A stretch of 64,000 nt of DNA from Callorhinchus milii. Its lineage: Eukaryota. The notes under the pieces are model-generated. The model was not told where the DNA came from and did no database searches. It worked only from the letters and a program-made list of their open reading frames with translations. The stretch covers positions 5,024,001-5,088,000 of the forward strand of contig NW_024704743.1 in NCBI RefSeq assembly GCF_018977255.1. Reading direction: 5' to 3'. Positions 63,675 through 64,000 of the stretch are shown here, piece after piece. Both the position numbers and the translations under genes were made by a program. The stretch's first letter is position 1, and the number at the start of each line of letters is the position of its first letter.

Positions 63675-64000
63675 TCTAGCTCAGAGGCAAGAGAACTACC
63701 AACTGAGCCAGGCCGACACATCATAGTGTACTTGAGTGAACTTGAACAAAGGCACATTGCAAATCAAAAATAAAAGGCTTTTTAAACTACATACATGCAG
63801 AGGGAGCGTTTGCAATAAGTGATATTGTTGCGAGTAGAAAGTTCTGCAAGTATGTCACCGATCCATTAGTAAAGTAGAATTGTTTGATTCTCCACAGCTC
63901 AGTCAGCCAATTTCATCTCTCCTTTTTTTTCCTGTGCTTTTCCCACATTGACCTTTCAAATTATATAATCTTTTTTCCATCTTGTACTGTTTATACCTGG

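Noticed and set aside
1..64000. CRISPR array, prokaryotic operon or endogenous viral ORF
   Set aside because: No regular repeat-spacer structure and no long non-TE ORF; the sequence is intron-containing vertebrate DNA

Overview
Vertebrate genomic DNA, most likely a cartilaginous fish (holocephalan-like), inferred only from the repeat content: SacSINE1/Deu-type SINEs, L2 and CR1 LINEs. One protein-coding gene is supported. It is the 3' part (nine coding exons, equivalent to human exons 5-13) of a class B1 GPCR, best matching VIPR2/VPAC2, on the + strand at 3801-15664. All splice sites are GT-AG with consistent phases; the exons total 939 nt (312 aa plus stop) covering TM1-TM7 and the C-tail. 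The N-terminal exons were not found and probably lie upstream of the window. The remaining ~48 kb holds no recognisable gene and is densely filled with a tRNA(Ala)-like/CORE/Deu chimeric SINE (long and short subfamilies), a Deu-type SINE, two L2 subfamilies, several CR1 families, one hAT-type MITE and an unclassified repeat. Nearly all other ORFs in the track are transposon debris. I found no convincing novel gene system. The most interesting signals are a two-helix 3' RNA stem-loop with compensatory changes shared by the SINEs and both L2 families, an apparent SINE tail switch to the young L2's loop, unusual residues in the receptor, and several template-switch or duplication footprints. All alignments were done by eye and repeat boundaries are approximate.
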